Source: Chiloscyllium plagiosum (Eukaryota). Taken from it: 64,000 nt of DNA. Where the stretch lies: positions 69,853,586 through 69,917,585 of the forward strand of contig NC_057711.1 of NCBI RefSeq assembly GCF_004010195.1, given 5' to 3'. The stretch's first letter is position 1, and each line of letters starts with the position of its first letter. Position numbers and translations under genes: made by a program. Below, piece after piece: positions 1-13,136 of the stretch. Under the pieces are notes generated by a model. It saw only the letters and a program-made list of their open reading frames with translations. It was not told the DNA's origin and did no database searches.

Positions 1-525
1 TGCCTCCCTTTCTATCCTTCCTGTAGCATTGGTATCCTGGAACATTATTGTGGCAGTTCTGTCCATCCCTGAGCCACTTTCCAGTAATTGCTATGATATC
101 CCAGTACCATGTTCCTAACCATGCCCTGAGTTCATCTGTCTTCCCTGTTCGGCCTCTTGCATTGAAATTTATGCAGTTTAATTTATCGGTCCTACCCTGT
201 TCTCTGCTTTGTTCCTGCCTGCCCTGAATGATGACTCGCTTTTTTTCTCAACTGTACCAGTCTCAGATTGATCTCTTTCCTCAGTATCTCCCTGGGTCCC
301 ACCTCTCTCCCTACTTGTTTAAATCCTCCCAAGCAGCTCTAGCAAATATATTAGTCCCCTTCCAAGTCAGGTGCAATCCATCCTTCTTGTACAGGTCAGT
401 TCTACCCTAGAAGAGATTTCAATGATCCAAAAATGTGAATTCTTCTCCCATACACCAGCTCCTCAGCCACGCATTCATCTCCTCTATCCTCCTATTCTTA
501 CCCTTACTAGCTCGTAACACCAGGA
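1..525 (-). mobile_element. CR1 LINE internal fragment (ORF1 end / ORF2 start), runs off the left edge
   Basis: Colinear and highly similar by eye to about 43645-44190 of the near full-length CR1 in this window. Confidence 0.85.
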
Positions 526-765
526 GACCTAAGGGGCAACGTTTTCATGCAGAGGGTAGTACGTGTATAGAATGAGTTGCCAGAGGAAGTGGTGGAGGCT
601 GGTACAGTTGCAACATTTAAAAGGATGAGTCGATGAATAGGAAGGGTTTGGAGGAATATGGGCTGGGTGTTGGCAAGTGGGACTAGATTAGGTTAGGATA
701 TCTTGTTAGCATGGAGAATTGGACAGAAGGGTCTGTTTCTGTGCTATACATCTCCATGACTTTGA
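526..765 (+). mobile_element. CR1 LINE 3' end
   Basis: Decayed ORF2 C-terminus (RGNFF..QRVV..WNELPEEVV-like), 3'UTR ...gaagggtctgtttctgtgct and a catctccatgact tail; similar to 63500-63740. Confidence 0.85.
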
Positions 766-2300
766 GGTTCACAGTAAATTAACAGAAATGTACAGTCAAA
801 ATAAAGGTTTAGTTGACAAACATATCCTCGTGAGGTGGATAAATAGTTAAGCTGACCATTCAGAAGCAGCCACGAAGTGAAGCCAGTCATGTTGTTTATA
901 AATTCCATGAGAGAAAGCAGGTCCAACCACAGAGTGATGAACTCCACCAAGGATAGAGCAAGGAGATCAAGCCCTATGCATTTGGCAACAATCTGACCCC
1001 TTTGATGGCCTACTTACCTGGATAGTTGGTGTGAATCAGAATTTCTTTGATAGCAAACATTTTTACATGTATGTTCCAGTCTTGTGCTTTTTATAATGAT
1101 GATAGAAGGACCAATTGCCATCATATGACTGATGAGGATTTCTTCAGCTTTTACTGCCTGCCACTGGCATACGTGGAAAGGATTTATAAGTTGATGTTCA
1201 ACCTGTTTGTCACATTATGAATGCGCCATCTTTGGCCATCAAGTCATGGAGTGGAACTTAAACCTGGAGGTTTTGGTTCACAAGCAGGGAGGCAATGACC
1301 ACACCTCAAAATTGTCATCTGGTAAAGTGCTGAATTCAAAAATAATGAAACTTCACATTGGTAAATTAAATAAGCCACAAAGTTTCTCCATGAAAGTTTG
1401 TGTATGTAAATGAAATATTTTGTACTAGTACTATGCCATGTTGAATAGTCTGGTATTCAATATAGAGAAGGCTTTACTGGCTAGGTCAGCATTTATTGAC
1501 CACTCCTGAAAGGATGTAGTTAAGTCCCGAGCACATTTTCTATGAGCTTGGAGTTACATTTCAGCCAGACCAGTTAAAGCTGGCATGGGTTTTGACGACA
1601 ATTGACAATGATTGCGTGGTCATCATTCAGCTACCTATTTTTTCCAGATTTTTATTAAATGCATATTTTACAGAATGAGATCCCTCGACTCAAGAGCAAA
1701 CATGCTGTCTCCCCATATAATTGTGAGAGAAGGCTAAGTAATTGGCAAGTTCATGTGGGAATTGAAGATATCTAATTCTGATGTTCAAGCATTGCTGATA
1801 CAAAGGAATCAAAATCCTTTCATGTTAGAAGTGATTGACAGCAAAGAGAATGGGACCCTTTAGTCCAATGTCACATATTAGTTTGTTTCATAGAGAGAAT
1901 TTTGGTACTTGAACTTAAGGACAATATATAGTAAATTTCCAGTAGTGTAGATTAGATAGTCAATTGTAATAATCTACATTTTGCAGATTTATAAAGATAC
2001 TGTTCTCAATACTGCACCATCAAGCCTTGTTGGAGAGTATTTTCTAAACAATCTGAATCGGGCAAATGCCCAGAAGACTAGCTTTCCACAGCTGTTTACC
2101 TGTTAGCTATCTGAAGATTTGCTCCTACGTCTCACCAATTTACAATGACCTTTGAAAATGGTCTCAGCTATCGTGTAGTAGCCAGTGGTTTGTTGACACA
2201 CAACTTCAGGTGCCCTACTGACTTACCTTTCTAAATAAGTTTTTAGGTAATTTCCCACTGTTTATTGCAAGTTAACTTGTTAGGCTACAGTGTTTGCATA

Positions 2301-2497
2301 CAGACTGTCCCAGGTTTGCAAATGAGTTCCGTTCTGGACTATGCAAGTTGAATTGTATGCAAGTCTGAACACAGTGCAGGACAACGTAAAGGAGCCATGC
2401 ACAATTACTGGAAATGGTTACATGTCGGGTCTTTAAAATTACACACTTGTCTGAGATTGCAATCGTAAGTCAGATATTCGTAAACCAGGGATCCCCA
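2301..2497. mobile_element. Degraded TA-flanked MITE, Tc1/mariner (Tigger-like)
   Basis: TA on both sides; imperfect TIRs with cores tcccaggtttgcaaat and attcgtaaaccaggga. Confidence 0.45.
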
Positions 2498-2879
2498 TAT
2501 CTCTCAATTTCTGGTGTACTCAGTGTTTCATTTTAAGTTGTGATTTTGCAGCCCATATTTAAATGATGGTGTCCAGCCAATTCAATTCCATCCATGTGGC
2601 AGTAAGGTGCAATAGAGTACATGAGGTACAATTAGAGATGTGGGAGCTGGGAACTTTCCAGCTGTAGTGCTGTAGATTTGTGTACCACAGGCAGCTGCTC
2701 CCCTAACCAAATTGTCCCATTATAGTTAAAATACTGCTCTACTCGTGATGTATAAGATTGATGAGCTATCTTCTATTCTAAAATACAATACCTGATAAAT
2801 CTAATGAGGTTGATTACTGCTTAACAAAATCTGCATTTATAATAAATCTCTTTAACATAGTAATATGTCCAGAAGTGTT

Positions 2880-3830
2880 TCAAAGGGGTGTAATGATGTA
2901 AACCAGTACACACAATGGTGGAGAAGATATCAGGATAAATGATGAAAAGCTTGTAGGTGCAAGTGCAAGGAGAGCTATTGAGAGAGTTCCAGAGGTTAGG
3001 ATTCAGGAAGTTGAGGCAGAGCTGCCAATAGTAGAGGAACAGGCTAGAGACCAAATTTGGTGGGAGTACAGAGATCTGAGTCTTGTACAGCTGGAGAGGA
3101 TGTGAATTGGAAAACAAATGTGCAGGAATTGGGAGCCAGTGTGGATCAGAGAATGTAGGGTTGATGGTTGAATTGGACTTAATGCAAGTCTTGTAAAGTA
3201 GTAAACTTGGCAATAATGTGATTTCCAATAACTAGTGTTCCTGGTTGATATTACTATCGGAAAAGTCAGATCCCAGAATGAAACCTGGCTTGGTAGATCA
3301 TGGCATTTTCTTTGTTTAGTTAGCTAATGTGGTGGTCAGTCACCTGAAGCATATCTGAAACCAGATCTGAAAATAGAGGTTATTTAACAACAGAATAGAA
3401 GTTTATTGGAAAACCTCATCTGATCCTGGATGTTGGAGAAGTAATCTGATCATTTATTATTCATGCTGGAGTTAGGAAAAGTAGTGGTGAAGTAGCGTTA
3501 TACTCATTGTACGTGTTTTTACACGAAGAGGCATAATATCATTGAGTAATAAGAGGAGGACAAAGGATCAGGAACACCAGAGATTACTGTGCAGGAATAG
3601 GAAGATGTGCAGTGATGTTCTGGCTACACATAAATAAATAAGAGTGGCCGAAGTGAGTGTAGTCCGAGCTGACTTCAGAGGAGAATGGTGCGATCAGCTG
3701 TGCCAAAAGCTGCAGATGGGTAGGGAAGGATGAGGTGACAGGGTTTATCTTTGTCACAGTCTTGTAGAATATAATTTGTGATTGATTAGATACATTTCAG
3801 TACTGCAGGGGCAGAAACCTGATTGGAAGG
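2880..3830 (-). mobile_element. Old L2-type LINE reverse-transcriptase (RT) fragment
   Basis: The minus strand at about 3690-3735 translates LILPYPSAAFGTADR, a decayed L2 RT motif LILLDLSAAFDTVDH. Boundaries approximate. Confidence 0.6.
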
Positions 3831-4467
3831 ATTCAAGCATGGGAAAGCTAGGCCTGAAGCGCATCAGGAATGAAAGGCAAAGATGATAATTATTACGTTT
3901 TGCCATCAAAGATGAATATTTTGCCCTTGTTTGACTGTAAATTATATTTCTTAAGACATTTGAATAGGACATGACCGAAGGGGAAACTGATAAAATATTT
4001 GTGAAAGTGTTGTGGATTTGGATCCTGAACCTGGAATATTTAGAAAGGATCAATCTTTTTTAAAAAATGACCTTTTTAATAGAATGATGTGGATTATTTC
4101 ATTTGCTGCTATGAAATTTGTCATAGTTGTCAACAGATGAATGTTTAGCAGTTGTGGAGTAACCTGAAGTTAGAAGAAAGTTTCAGTTAACATTTCATAA
4201 TTGTAATTCTATTGAATTAACACTCTTCAATTACTGTAAATTATTACTTTTACATAAATTAGACTATGAATTCAACTTGAATCTGTACCAAGTTTCAGGC
4301 AAGTGAAGACAGGACAAATACTTTAAAAACATTCTTGTTGGCTTAAATATCAGGCATCTGGTAGCTAATAGGTTTGACGCTTGGCTATATTGGAAAGGAA
4401 AGGGCAGCGCAGTTTCAAAGTGAGAACATGCATGTTAATTATGAACAGTACTTTTACCGTTATCTTT

Positions 4468-4940
4468 TACTGAAAACAAAAAATGCTGGAAATCACAGTG
4501 GATCAGGCAACATCCATGAAGAGAGAGCAAGCTAACATTGCGACGGTAGATCACTCTTCTTCAGAGCTGACATGAAATGTGGACATTTAAATGCAACAGT
4601 TGTTGGTGGTGGGGGTGGGGGGGAAGGAGTTGGGGGGAGAACCAGGAAAGGATAGGTAGTCCCATTGGAATGAGGAGAGAAAAGAGAGAACGCAATGACA
4701 GAGAAAAATACAGTGTTTGGCAGTTAGATACAGCCTCTCTTCCCTCAGCACTCCAAACCTCCCCTCCCACCAACATTTGCATAAATGCTGCCCCCTCCAC
4801 ACTTCTTCGCATCAGCTCTGATGAAGAGTCAACTAGCTCGAAATGTTAGCTTGCTCTCTCTCCATAGAAGCTGCCTGATCTGTGATTTCCAGTGTTTTTT
4901 GTTTTCAGTACAGATCCTAGCACCTGCGGTAATTTGCTCC
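4468..4940. mobile_element. Fold-back element, Penelope-like terminal-repeat derivative with hammerhead-like cores
   Basis: Inverted arms at about 4468-4570 and 4811-4910; the + arm reads agct-CTGATGA-A-GAGTC-aacta-GCTC-GAAA-TGTT-agct at 4814-4851. Confidence 0.7.
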
Positions 4941-6397
4941 TAACATCATCTTATAGATTTGGTAACAATTCTTTCCGCAGCAAAGTCATCCGCCTTGCAT
5001 TCGTGGATGTATGGAAGAATGCTAGGTTTCAACAATCACAATTGTTTATACTGCAAGGAAGAAGGAATACTAATTGTTACGCAAGTTGATTGTAATTAGC
5101 TAAGGCGTTGCCTTGGAAAAAGCAACCAGAAAATATAGGCTTCAGGATAATTTCAGAAAGTCCCAGGGTTTGACCAAAACTCTTAGCTTGCAGAGTACAG
5201 TTTCCTGTACATGATTGCAATCAATTCTAATGCTATGTGCTTCACACTGAATTTATATTAGTTGTTAGTGTAGCTATGAGTCGACTCAGGGTTATTCAGC
5301 AAGTGCTACCCAGTTGTGAAATCACATTCAACAATTACTTTAGATGTTGCACGCACAGGCTGATTGAGTGTGGACTGCTGCATAATATTGAAGTGCATCA
5401 TTGGCTATCTTGTTTTCATCAGCCCCGTTGTTTCTGTAAGATCTCCCAGAAGAACAGATCACAATTGTGGATAAGCCTTATGAGGAGCCAGCATAATCCA
5501 ATCCAGCCCTAACAATTACTAAAGAAACTGATGCCATGGCTAGGTTGGAGGGTGTGTAAAGCTGTCTCTGGCTTGTGACTTAACCAGCACAAGTGAGGAA
5601 GAATAGGAGTAATAGGAAGGGTATCCCAGGAGATGGCAGGTGACAATGTCCCTCTAGTAGTTTGAAGAAGACACTGCAGGCTTTGAGGAAATTATGAAAA
5701 GAAATCTGCTTATCTCCCTTAAATATTTATAATGTGGCTGAAATGATGAAGCAGTTTACTTCCAGCCTACGTGGTCTCACTTTGCTTAGCATCAGTGGTC
5801 TGTCGTCTACCTTAAAATGTTGTCAACTTTAGCCAGGCATCACCACAATGTCACAGCTTTGATGTAAGCTTAAATGTTTGCCATCCAAACTTCGAACTGA
5901 ACCTTAGAAAACTGGTAGATTGAAGAGATAAGGGCTTTTAGGGCTCCTCTCACCATCTGGAGGCATTCAGCTTCCCTGCTGATTAGTGGGATGAACGAAT
6001 CTCATCCCTGAGCAGAGTCAAAGGTTACATTGACAATTGCCTTTTCTCAGGAGCATACTCCTGTACCCGACTTTGATAGTATCTGATGGTACAGATTGAG
6101 CATGTATCATGGGTTACGTGCTTATTTTTGCTCATTCTTTAAGATATTCTCGGCTATTCAAATGTTTCACACTGCTTAAGATCTAATTGCCTGGAGTATA
6201 TGGCTTTGCAGCTGGATTGGTTTGTGAATATTAAATTTTTTGTGTCAGTTAGAAGGATCGGGCTGACTTGGTCAAATGGTTTTGCCTCACCTTCCATTTA
6301 TTTCCTTATTCAGCATTAATTTGTTTTGCAGAGACTTGCAGCTGATATACATTTTAATGTTTATTATTTGTCAAGTTTTTTGGGTGCCTGCTTCTGC

Positions 6398-6992
6398 TCT
6401 GTGATAGTGTCCTTACCCCTAGATTGGGAGGCCCAGACTCAATATCCTATCTGCTCCAGACGTTTGGAATAACATTCCTGAACAGGGTAATTTTCAGAAA
6501 ATAGGCTTGTCAAGCTTCTGGGATTCATGTGGCAGTGTGGCAACATCTTTATCTCTGAGCCAGGAAACATGTTCAAGTTTCACCTGCTCCAGAGGTGTGT
6601 AATACCATCTCTGAGCAGGTTGATTAGAAAATATCTAGTGGTGGTGGGGGCAGCTACAGCTCTTGTGGTGCAGTGATAGTGTCCCTATCTCTCACCAGGA
6701 GGCTTGGGTTCAGGTCCAGTAGAGGTGTCCAATATCCCTGAACAGGGTGATTGGAAAAGATCCAAATCTCTGCTTGTACATTCAATTATGTGGTTATGAG
6801 TGTCTGCATACAAAAGAAGTCTGCTGACACTTACTTTCTTGAGAATAAAAACCCATCCAGAGAGGTTGATTTTAAAATATCTTTTAGGGCTCTTGAGATG
6901 CAGTGGTAATATCCCTACTTCTGAGCCAGAAGGTCCGGGTACAACTGCAGAGGTGTGTAATAACATATCTGAACAGGTTGGTTTGAAAATAC
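6398..6992 (+). repeat. Head-to-tail cluster of four (plus one partial) ~105-bp tRNA-like short SINE units
   Basis: Units at about 6398-6503, 6524-6637, 6658-6763 and 6888-6992 share an A-box-like tggtgcagtg(a/g)tag, a B-box-like ggttca(a/g)gtcc and a tail resembling ctgaacaggttgattagaaaata. Confidence 0.7.
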
Positions 6993-8439
6993 CGCTTTGT
7001 CAGGCTCTTGCATCTTTTTTCAACTAAGAAGCAAACTCATAAAAGCCATTCTGTGCATTTGGCTATTTGCTAATAAAAGATTATGGTCTTGAATCATTGT
7101 TGCTTTAACAAAAATTGGGATGCTCCGAATTTCATACGTTAGTGAGACCTAGGTTTTAAACCGCTCAGGTTTTTAAATAACAGAATGGAAAACCATTGTA
7201 CTTTATATATTTTTAACATCATTTTGAATCTTTTTCAAAGTTTGTTTTATAACTTCACGTTTATAGTTGGCTTTGGGCATTGCATAGAATTGTTTTTTAT
7301 TATTAAATTTTATTTTTCTATTTCCTGTTCTCATTTTATTTCCAGTACTTTTATTGAAAATACAGTTTCCAGTAACGAGAAAAATACTTCTCAAGAAGGG
7401 AAAACAATTGTCCATTTTTTTGAGATATAAAGTAGATCAGAAAATCCACTTGAAGATTTTTCCCACTGATCTCCAAATGTTACTGGAACAAAAAGAATGT
7501 TGACTTTGAGTGTAATCTTTTAGAAACATATGTGATTTGTTTTTACTTATTAGAAGATATATGTTTTAGTTTGGATGTTCCATACTGAGCGCTTGTGCTT
7601 TGTTACTGCTTTCTTCTATGTTCTTTATCATCCAATTTCCAGACCAAACCAGTGACCCAAGATTCAGGCAGAGGCACTGTGCAGAGTATTAATTAACACA
7701 CCCAGAGACATGCTATCCTGGCCTTTTAACCTTTCAAAGGCCAGTGAAAGCAATAGAACCTGTCATATTTGTCTTGTAATGAAAGGGAACTTTTGCCATG
7801 CCTCATCGTGTTACAGCAGACTGAAAATGTCCAGCTGAGATTTTTTAAAATTAATATATATGGAGGTTAGAAAGAAATTAACCTGCAGCAAGAATGGTTG
7901 CACATCTGTGATACTTAATGTCATAATTGTTTGAATTGTCAGGTGGTACTATGCAGAGAACCACAGAATTATTAACTTGTGTCTCTGCTAAGCATTCTGT
8001 AATTTTTAAAGAGAGCTGTGTATGTACCAGGAATGCTTTGCAGGGTGGCCATCTGAAAAAAAATGTAACTTTTCAAAATATTAACTCACTATTGACTGTC
8101 AGATGTTTATTAACTTGTGCTCGTGCGACATCTTTTATTTGAGGTGAGTTAATTGCTTTAATTTCCTGCTGTGGAATAAATTCACTGACTCGTTTTACAT
8201 GCAAGGTGTGGAAATATTTAATAACACAAATAACCCAGAACTATAATTGCTGATGAATCAGTTTCTTGAACAAACTTATGAGCTGCTCTTTTATCAGAGT
8301 CAGCATAAATGAGTGCCATTTTAGAGATCTCTGGAATCCTTTATTTTATATGTAGCTTGTGTCATTAAAAGGAGCAATTTTTTTATGGCCATATACCTAA
8401 GGTGCACGGAAAAGTAAAGCTAATATTTTGCTTTTTTAG

Positions 8440-8523
8440 GTATTCAAAGTTGAAGTGCTTATGAGTGGACGTAAGCATATCGTAGAGAAACGGTACAGTG
8501 AATTTCATGCACTTCACAAAAAG
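8440..8523 (+). CDS. SNX24: Sorting nexin 24, internal coding exon (likely exon 2; PX domain N-terminal part)
   Basis: Acceptor ttttgcttttttAG ends at 8439 and donor GTAACT starts at 8524. The 84 nt (phase 0/0) translate to [28 protein letters not shown], nearly identical to human SNX24 as I recall it ([28 protein letters not shown]), including the PX RYSEF motif. Confidence 0.95.
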
Positions 8524-10179
8524 GTAACTACTTTAATTTCTCCTCATCAATCCAAGCCCTTCCCCAATATGTACGGGCTGTAGGGTTGTGCTACTGGGCC
8601 ACTGAGCAAGTTGAATTGTTAATCATCAGTTGAAGTAGCATCCTTAGAGTGCTTATCGAGTAAGCAGCTAGGTCCTATTGAAAACTTGAATTGTCTTGAA
8701 TTTGTCTCCATTCATCTGAAGAGTTCATTACTCACCTGGCAATGCTGTCAGGGATGGAGGCAGCTGTGATGATGACTCCTTGACTGCTGTTGATGGAAGG
8801 ATTCCTCAATGAAATATTGTTCACAAACACTGTTTTCTGAGCTGATGCTGAGTACAACATTTGTAGCACTTTGGTTGGCTGCAGTCTCAATTAATCACTA
8901 TATATTGTAGCTATTTGTACAGTTAGCTGCTTGCAACCATATTTTTTGAAAATCTGTTATCTCAGCTGTCTTGTTAAGGCTGTCAGATTTACCCTTTACA
9001 CAGCACGGATGGGAACTCCCACTGCTGAAAGTACTTCCACAGTGTTTTTGTCAGTTGGTGGTATTGTATGATCAGAGTTGATTTAAGCTTACTGTTTAGA
9101 GGGTTTCAATGTTTTATTTTCCCCTCACCCGTTCTTTCCCCACAACCTGGTTCTCAATAAGCATCGGTTAGAACATTGTCCCACTTTCAGTATCCAGGTA
9201 TGGCCTTTGGTTCAGAATGTTACAAGCTATATGTAAGGTAGTGTACCTTAACAATGTGCCTTAATAGAACCTCAGCAGGACACCCCTTACTGCACCTTTT
9301 GTAAACTAGTTTGCTTCCTACAACATAACAGCTTAAGGGTTTCAATTTCCAATGTAGGATATCTGGATAATTTCAAAAAAGCAAACTGTTCAGGTTTGGT
9401 GATATATAAACCTTTAGCTCCCTCTGGCCCTTTTAGACTTGGAGCTGTATAAGCTAATAATTGGAGGTGAGCAGGTTGCTAACAAGAATACCTCCAACCT
9501 CAACTTAAGAGACCCTGGCATACCATCTAGGAGCACTATTTTCGGAGTATCCCTCCTTCTGTTCTCATTTTCATGGGCTAATCAATAATTCTGCCGTAGA
9601 TATTTTGAGATTACACTTTTGCAAAATTATGAGGAATTTTGCTGTGTGAATCTTTCATATCCAGGAATTACCCAAATTCTGTTTGAACACTTGTACTTGG
9701 GAGACAGAGTACAATTTTGTCTGGGCTGCATTTAAACCCAGTTCCAGACGTAAAAATGTGCACTCATCAGTCCCTAGTTGAATACCTTTCTTTGTTTGTG
9801 AGAGCACAGTTTCAGTATTGTGATTCCTCTAAGGGTGTAAATTTCAAATGTTATTGTTGATTGAAACTAGCAACTGAATTTGCTCACAAAAAGGGGCAAT
9901 TGGAATTAAAATAATATTGGCACCGCTATTGATTGTAATAAAAACTGATTTATTTGTTTTTATACAGATTGTATAATTTTATTAAAACATTGCAGAATCT
10001 TTTATATATTTGTCACTTTTTAAGTGAGGGAAAACTTTGATTTTTGATTGTACTATATCAGTCAAATATTATACAGCACACGATTGAAACAGTTTGAAGT
10101 AGAATTTTGAAGTTTATTGCAGGATCATGGGTAGAGACAGTGTTGGTAATGCAGGCAAAGGAGGTTCCTTTTGTACATA

Positions 10180-10403
10180 AAGGACGACCCCCCATATCCA
10201 CACAATCATTTTCTGTAGTTTTAGTTACCCGCAGTTTACCGTGGTCGGAACATATTATAGGGAACATTCCGGAACCAGGGACCAGGAGGCTGCCGGGGAG
10301 GTACGTTTCCCAGTTAAATGAATGGGTTCACTGCTATCCGCAGTTTTGGGCTTCCGCAGTAGGCCCTGGAACATATCCCCCTGCGGGTATGGGGGGACTA
10401 CAG
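10180..10403. mobile_element. TA-flanked MITE, Tc1/mariner (Tigger-like)
   Basis: Imperfect TIRs (g)acccccc-atatccac and gcgggtatggggggactacag, TA at 10178-79 and 10404-05; locally CpG-richer than the flanks. Confidence 0.6.
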
Positions 10404-11351
10404 TATATTCCACCTATACACTAAGTTCCAATTGCTCCTCTTTCTTAATCTGACATCTTACCATTTAAGGTGTATTTTTTCCCTTTGTTCCTAATTACAA
10501 AATGTTTAAATTCATATTTCTGTCTTGTGCATCTACCATTTGGTTTCTTGTTCTGCATTCTTTAATATGTTTCATCATCTTGGTAAACTCCTGAATTTTA
10601 CATTATTCCCTTAATTCCTTGTTGATCATTTATTTAATTTCATGCCCCAAAACCATCTGTACATTCTCCTTAATTCCTGATACTATTAGCTTCATCTCTG
10701 TTTTTGTGATGATTTAATGATTTTTTTTTTAAATTCACCAAATGCTGTATACTCTATTTCCTTTCCATGACTTTATCCTATTTCTTCAAAGAGATTATGA
10801 ATTTGGTCAAGTGTACATCGCTGATTAGAATCCATATTGACTACTGTTGTTCATATTTAGCATGTTCATTCAAGTACCTGGCAATTGCAATTATGTTATT
10901 GTTTCAAGTTACTTATCAGCAACTTTTATTTTGGAACTCTATACTTTTTAAAGAATGATCTCAGTCTCTTTTTCTTGTTTTTTTTCTCCCTAGAGATATC
11001 TTCTTTCTAAGCCATCCAAACTAGTTTGATTCTAAATGTTACGCATGGCATGATGGCAAATGACAATGTGAAAGCCAAATGTGACACCAGGCATTGACCA
11101 TCCCCTAAAAGTCCCCCTCCCCCCCCCACCCCACACCAGTTGATAGCTAATGTTGAAAATCCATCTGCACTCAACATTGGTGTGCTGCAATTTTAAAAAA
11201 ATTTGTTGGTGGTTACCTGATGTATTATTCTGTATAATCTAATGACAAAGTAGGAGAAAGAGAGCAGTATTTAGGAAGTCAATATGTAAAGACTAAATTG
11301 GCTTTGAGTTTTGATAAATGTAAATTTATATTTTTTTGTTTTCCATAAAAG

Positions 11352-11456
11352 TTGAAGAAAAGCATTAAAACGCCTGAAATGCCTTCAAAGCATGTGAGAA
11401 ACTGGGTGCCTAAAGTCCTGGAACAACGACGCCATGGTTTGGAAGCCTACCTTCAG
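11352..11456 (+). CDS. SNX24: Sorting nexin 24, next coding exon (likely exon 3; PX domain)
   Basis: A T-rich tract and aaAG acceptor end at 11351; donor GTATAG starts at 11457. The 105 nt (phase 0/0) translate to LKKSIKTPEMPSKHVRNWVPKVLEQRRHGLEAYLQ, in frame with the previous exon and matching recalled SNX24 LKKCIKTPEIPSKHVRNWVPKVLEQRRQGLETYLQ. Confidence 0.95.
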
Positions 11457-12962
11457 GTATAGTGGAAATCTTCCAAAATGTGTTTTTGTTTTAAAAAGAA
11501 AAAAACCTTGCCTCATAAATCAAGATTATGTATTTCAATTTCTTAGATCTGCTGTACACTGGGAGTTCCTTCATATTTTGTGTAAATGAGCTTCCATTCT
11601 GAGGTGCCCTCAAAGATATTTAACCTGTTAAATATATGATGTGTTTCAACCTGCATTACATGCTTCAGTTTTATTCTGTCATACTGTCACATACCTATGA
11701 ATTCTGCAATGAAATATTGATTTATCAGATCACAGGGCGCTTCACAGCACAGAGTGTGGATGCCAAGAATTCTGACATACAGACTACACAAAGATAATGG
11801 CCCATTTCTGTCACTGTCATAGCAGTAGGAATCTGTGGGTCCATTCAGTTTTTCCAAGCGTGTTCTTGTAGGAATAGCTACTACTAACTGATTTAGAAGT
11901 GCATGAAATTTCCCAACCGTATGCTTTTATTTTACACTTCTACAAAAATCTTTATAGAATATCCTCGCTTCCCCCCCCCCCCATAATTAGTTGTCACTGT
12001 TCAGCAGAAAATGTATGTAAACTTGATCCTCAGATGCGAAGTCTGAACTGAGAACAGTTAGATGTAAAATGAAAATCATAAGTGAGTAATGAAAAGCTCA
12101 GCTTTTAATAATTGGCCTTCGGCTGGTTTTAGGAAATTATCAAATCATTGTGTTGCCCTTAGACACAAATCTGCTGTTTGTCCATGGCTTTTATCGCAGT
12201 TTATCTAACAAAAAGTATGATTAGAATATTTCAGAAACGATCCTTAACAAGTAAGGATCAGATTATGAGAAAATAATTGACAAAAGGACTGTTCCTTTTC
12301 TTTCAATAATTAGTAATGTTCCAGAGAAAGAGTAACTTTCTTCCGTGATAGTTTTTCTGCTGAAATTTGTGTTTGTTTTATTTTGCTGAATAAATTGACT
12401 ACCAAGGTATTCAAGTAGTACAAAGAATCCTGGGCAGAAAGTGATTAGGCTCTTGGGTGTAGCATGCTTTAAACAACACTGAACAATGCCTTGAAAATGG
12501 GGGTTCTGTTGCCTCTGGGATTGGGATGGTGCAATTGCTAGTTTTGACATCAAGTACATCAGTGCCTGATGCTATTTTAGAAGTGCAGGACAAGTAGTGG
12601 TTTGGCTGTTTGCTTGCTGTTCAGGCAGATTCACAATACTAGAGGACTAGTAGGAGATTCTTTAACACTGACAGATTGACAGTTCCATTGTCCATGATAG
12701 GTACTGCTGTAGATAAGTGAAAGAAAACTTACCTCAAGACGATGTGTTCTCAACATTTTCAAAACTATAATGAGCAAAGGAAATTACTGGCCTGCTTGCC
12801 TTCATCCCTCCCTTCATGGATGTTTGAAAATTCAGTCTAAATGTGAGTTCTTTCGGGAGAAGAAGAGAATATAATAAGTGCATTGGTATAGTCAAGATTG
12901 CAAATACTAGTGACTTCTCTGTAGATATTTTTAATCAATTGCTCAGATGTGTTATGACACAC

Positions 12963-13136
12963 TGGGAGAAAGTGAGGACTGCAGATGCTGGAGATCAGAG
13001 TCAAAATGTGTGGTGCTGGAAAAGCACAACTGGTCAGGCAGCATCCGAGAAGCATGAGAGTCAATGTTGTCATTCCTGATGAAGAGCTTATGCTCGAAAC
13101 ATCGACTCTACTGTTCCTCGGATGCTGCCTGACTGG
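12963..13136. mobile_element. Short fold-back Penelope-like derivative with perfect 14-bp TSD
   Basis: TSD gtgttatgacacac at 12949-12962 and 13137-13150; inverted arms gtcaggcagcatccgag and ctcggatgctgcctgac. Confidence 0.85.
13076..13103 (+). ncRNA. Minimal hammerhead-ribozyme-like core
   Basis: CTGATGA-A-GAGC-TTAT-GCTC-GAAA-CATC: core boxes and a 4-bp stem II are intact, with an AUC triplet. Stem I is only about 2 bp and stem III is vestigial. Activity unknown. Confidence 0.65.

Noticed and set aside
6398..6992. CRISPR-like array
   Set aside because: Vertebrate context; the units are long, diverged SINE-like copies without constant repeat/spacer periodicity, and no cas genes are present.
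7860..7880. ATGGAGGTT as SNX24 exon 1 (MEV..)
   Set aside because: It continues as MEVRKKL, not MEVYIPSF-like; exon 1 must lie upstream of the window.
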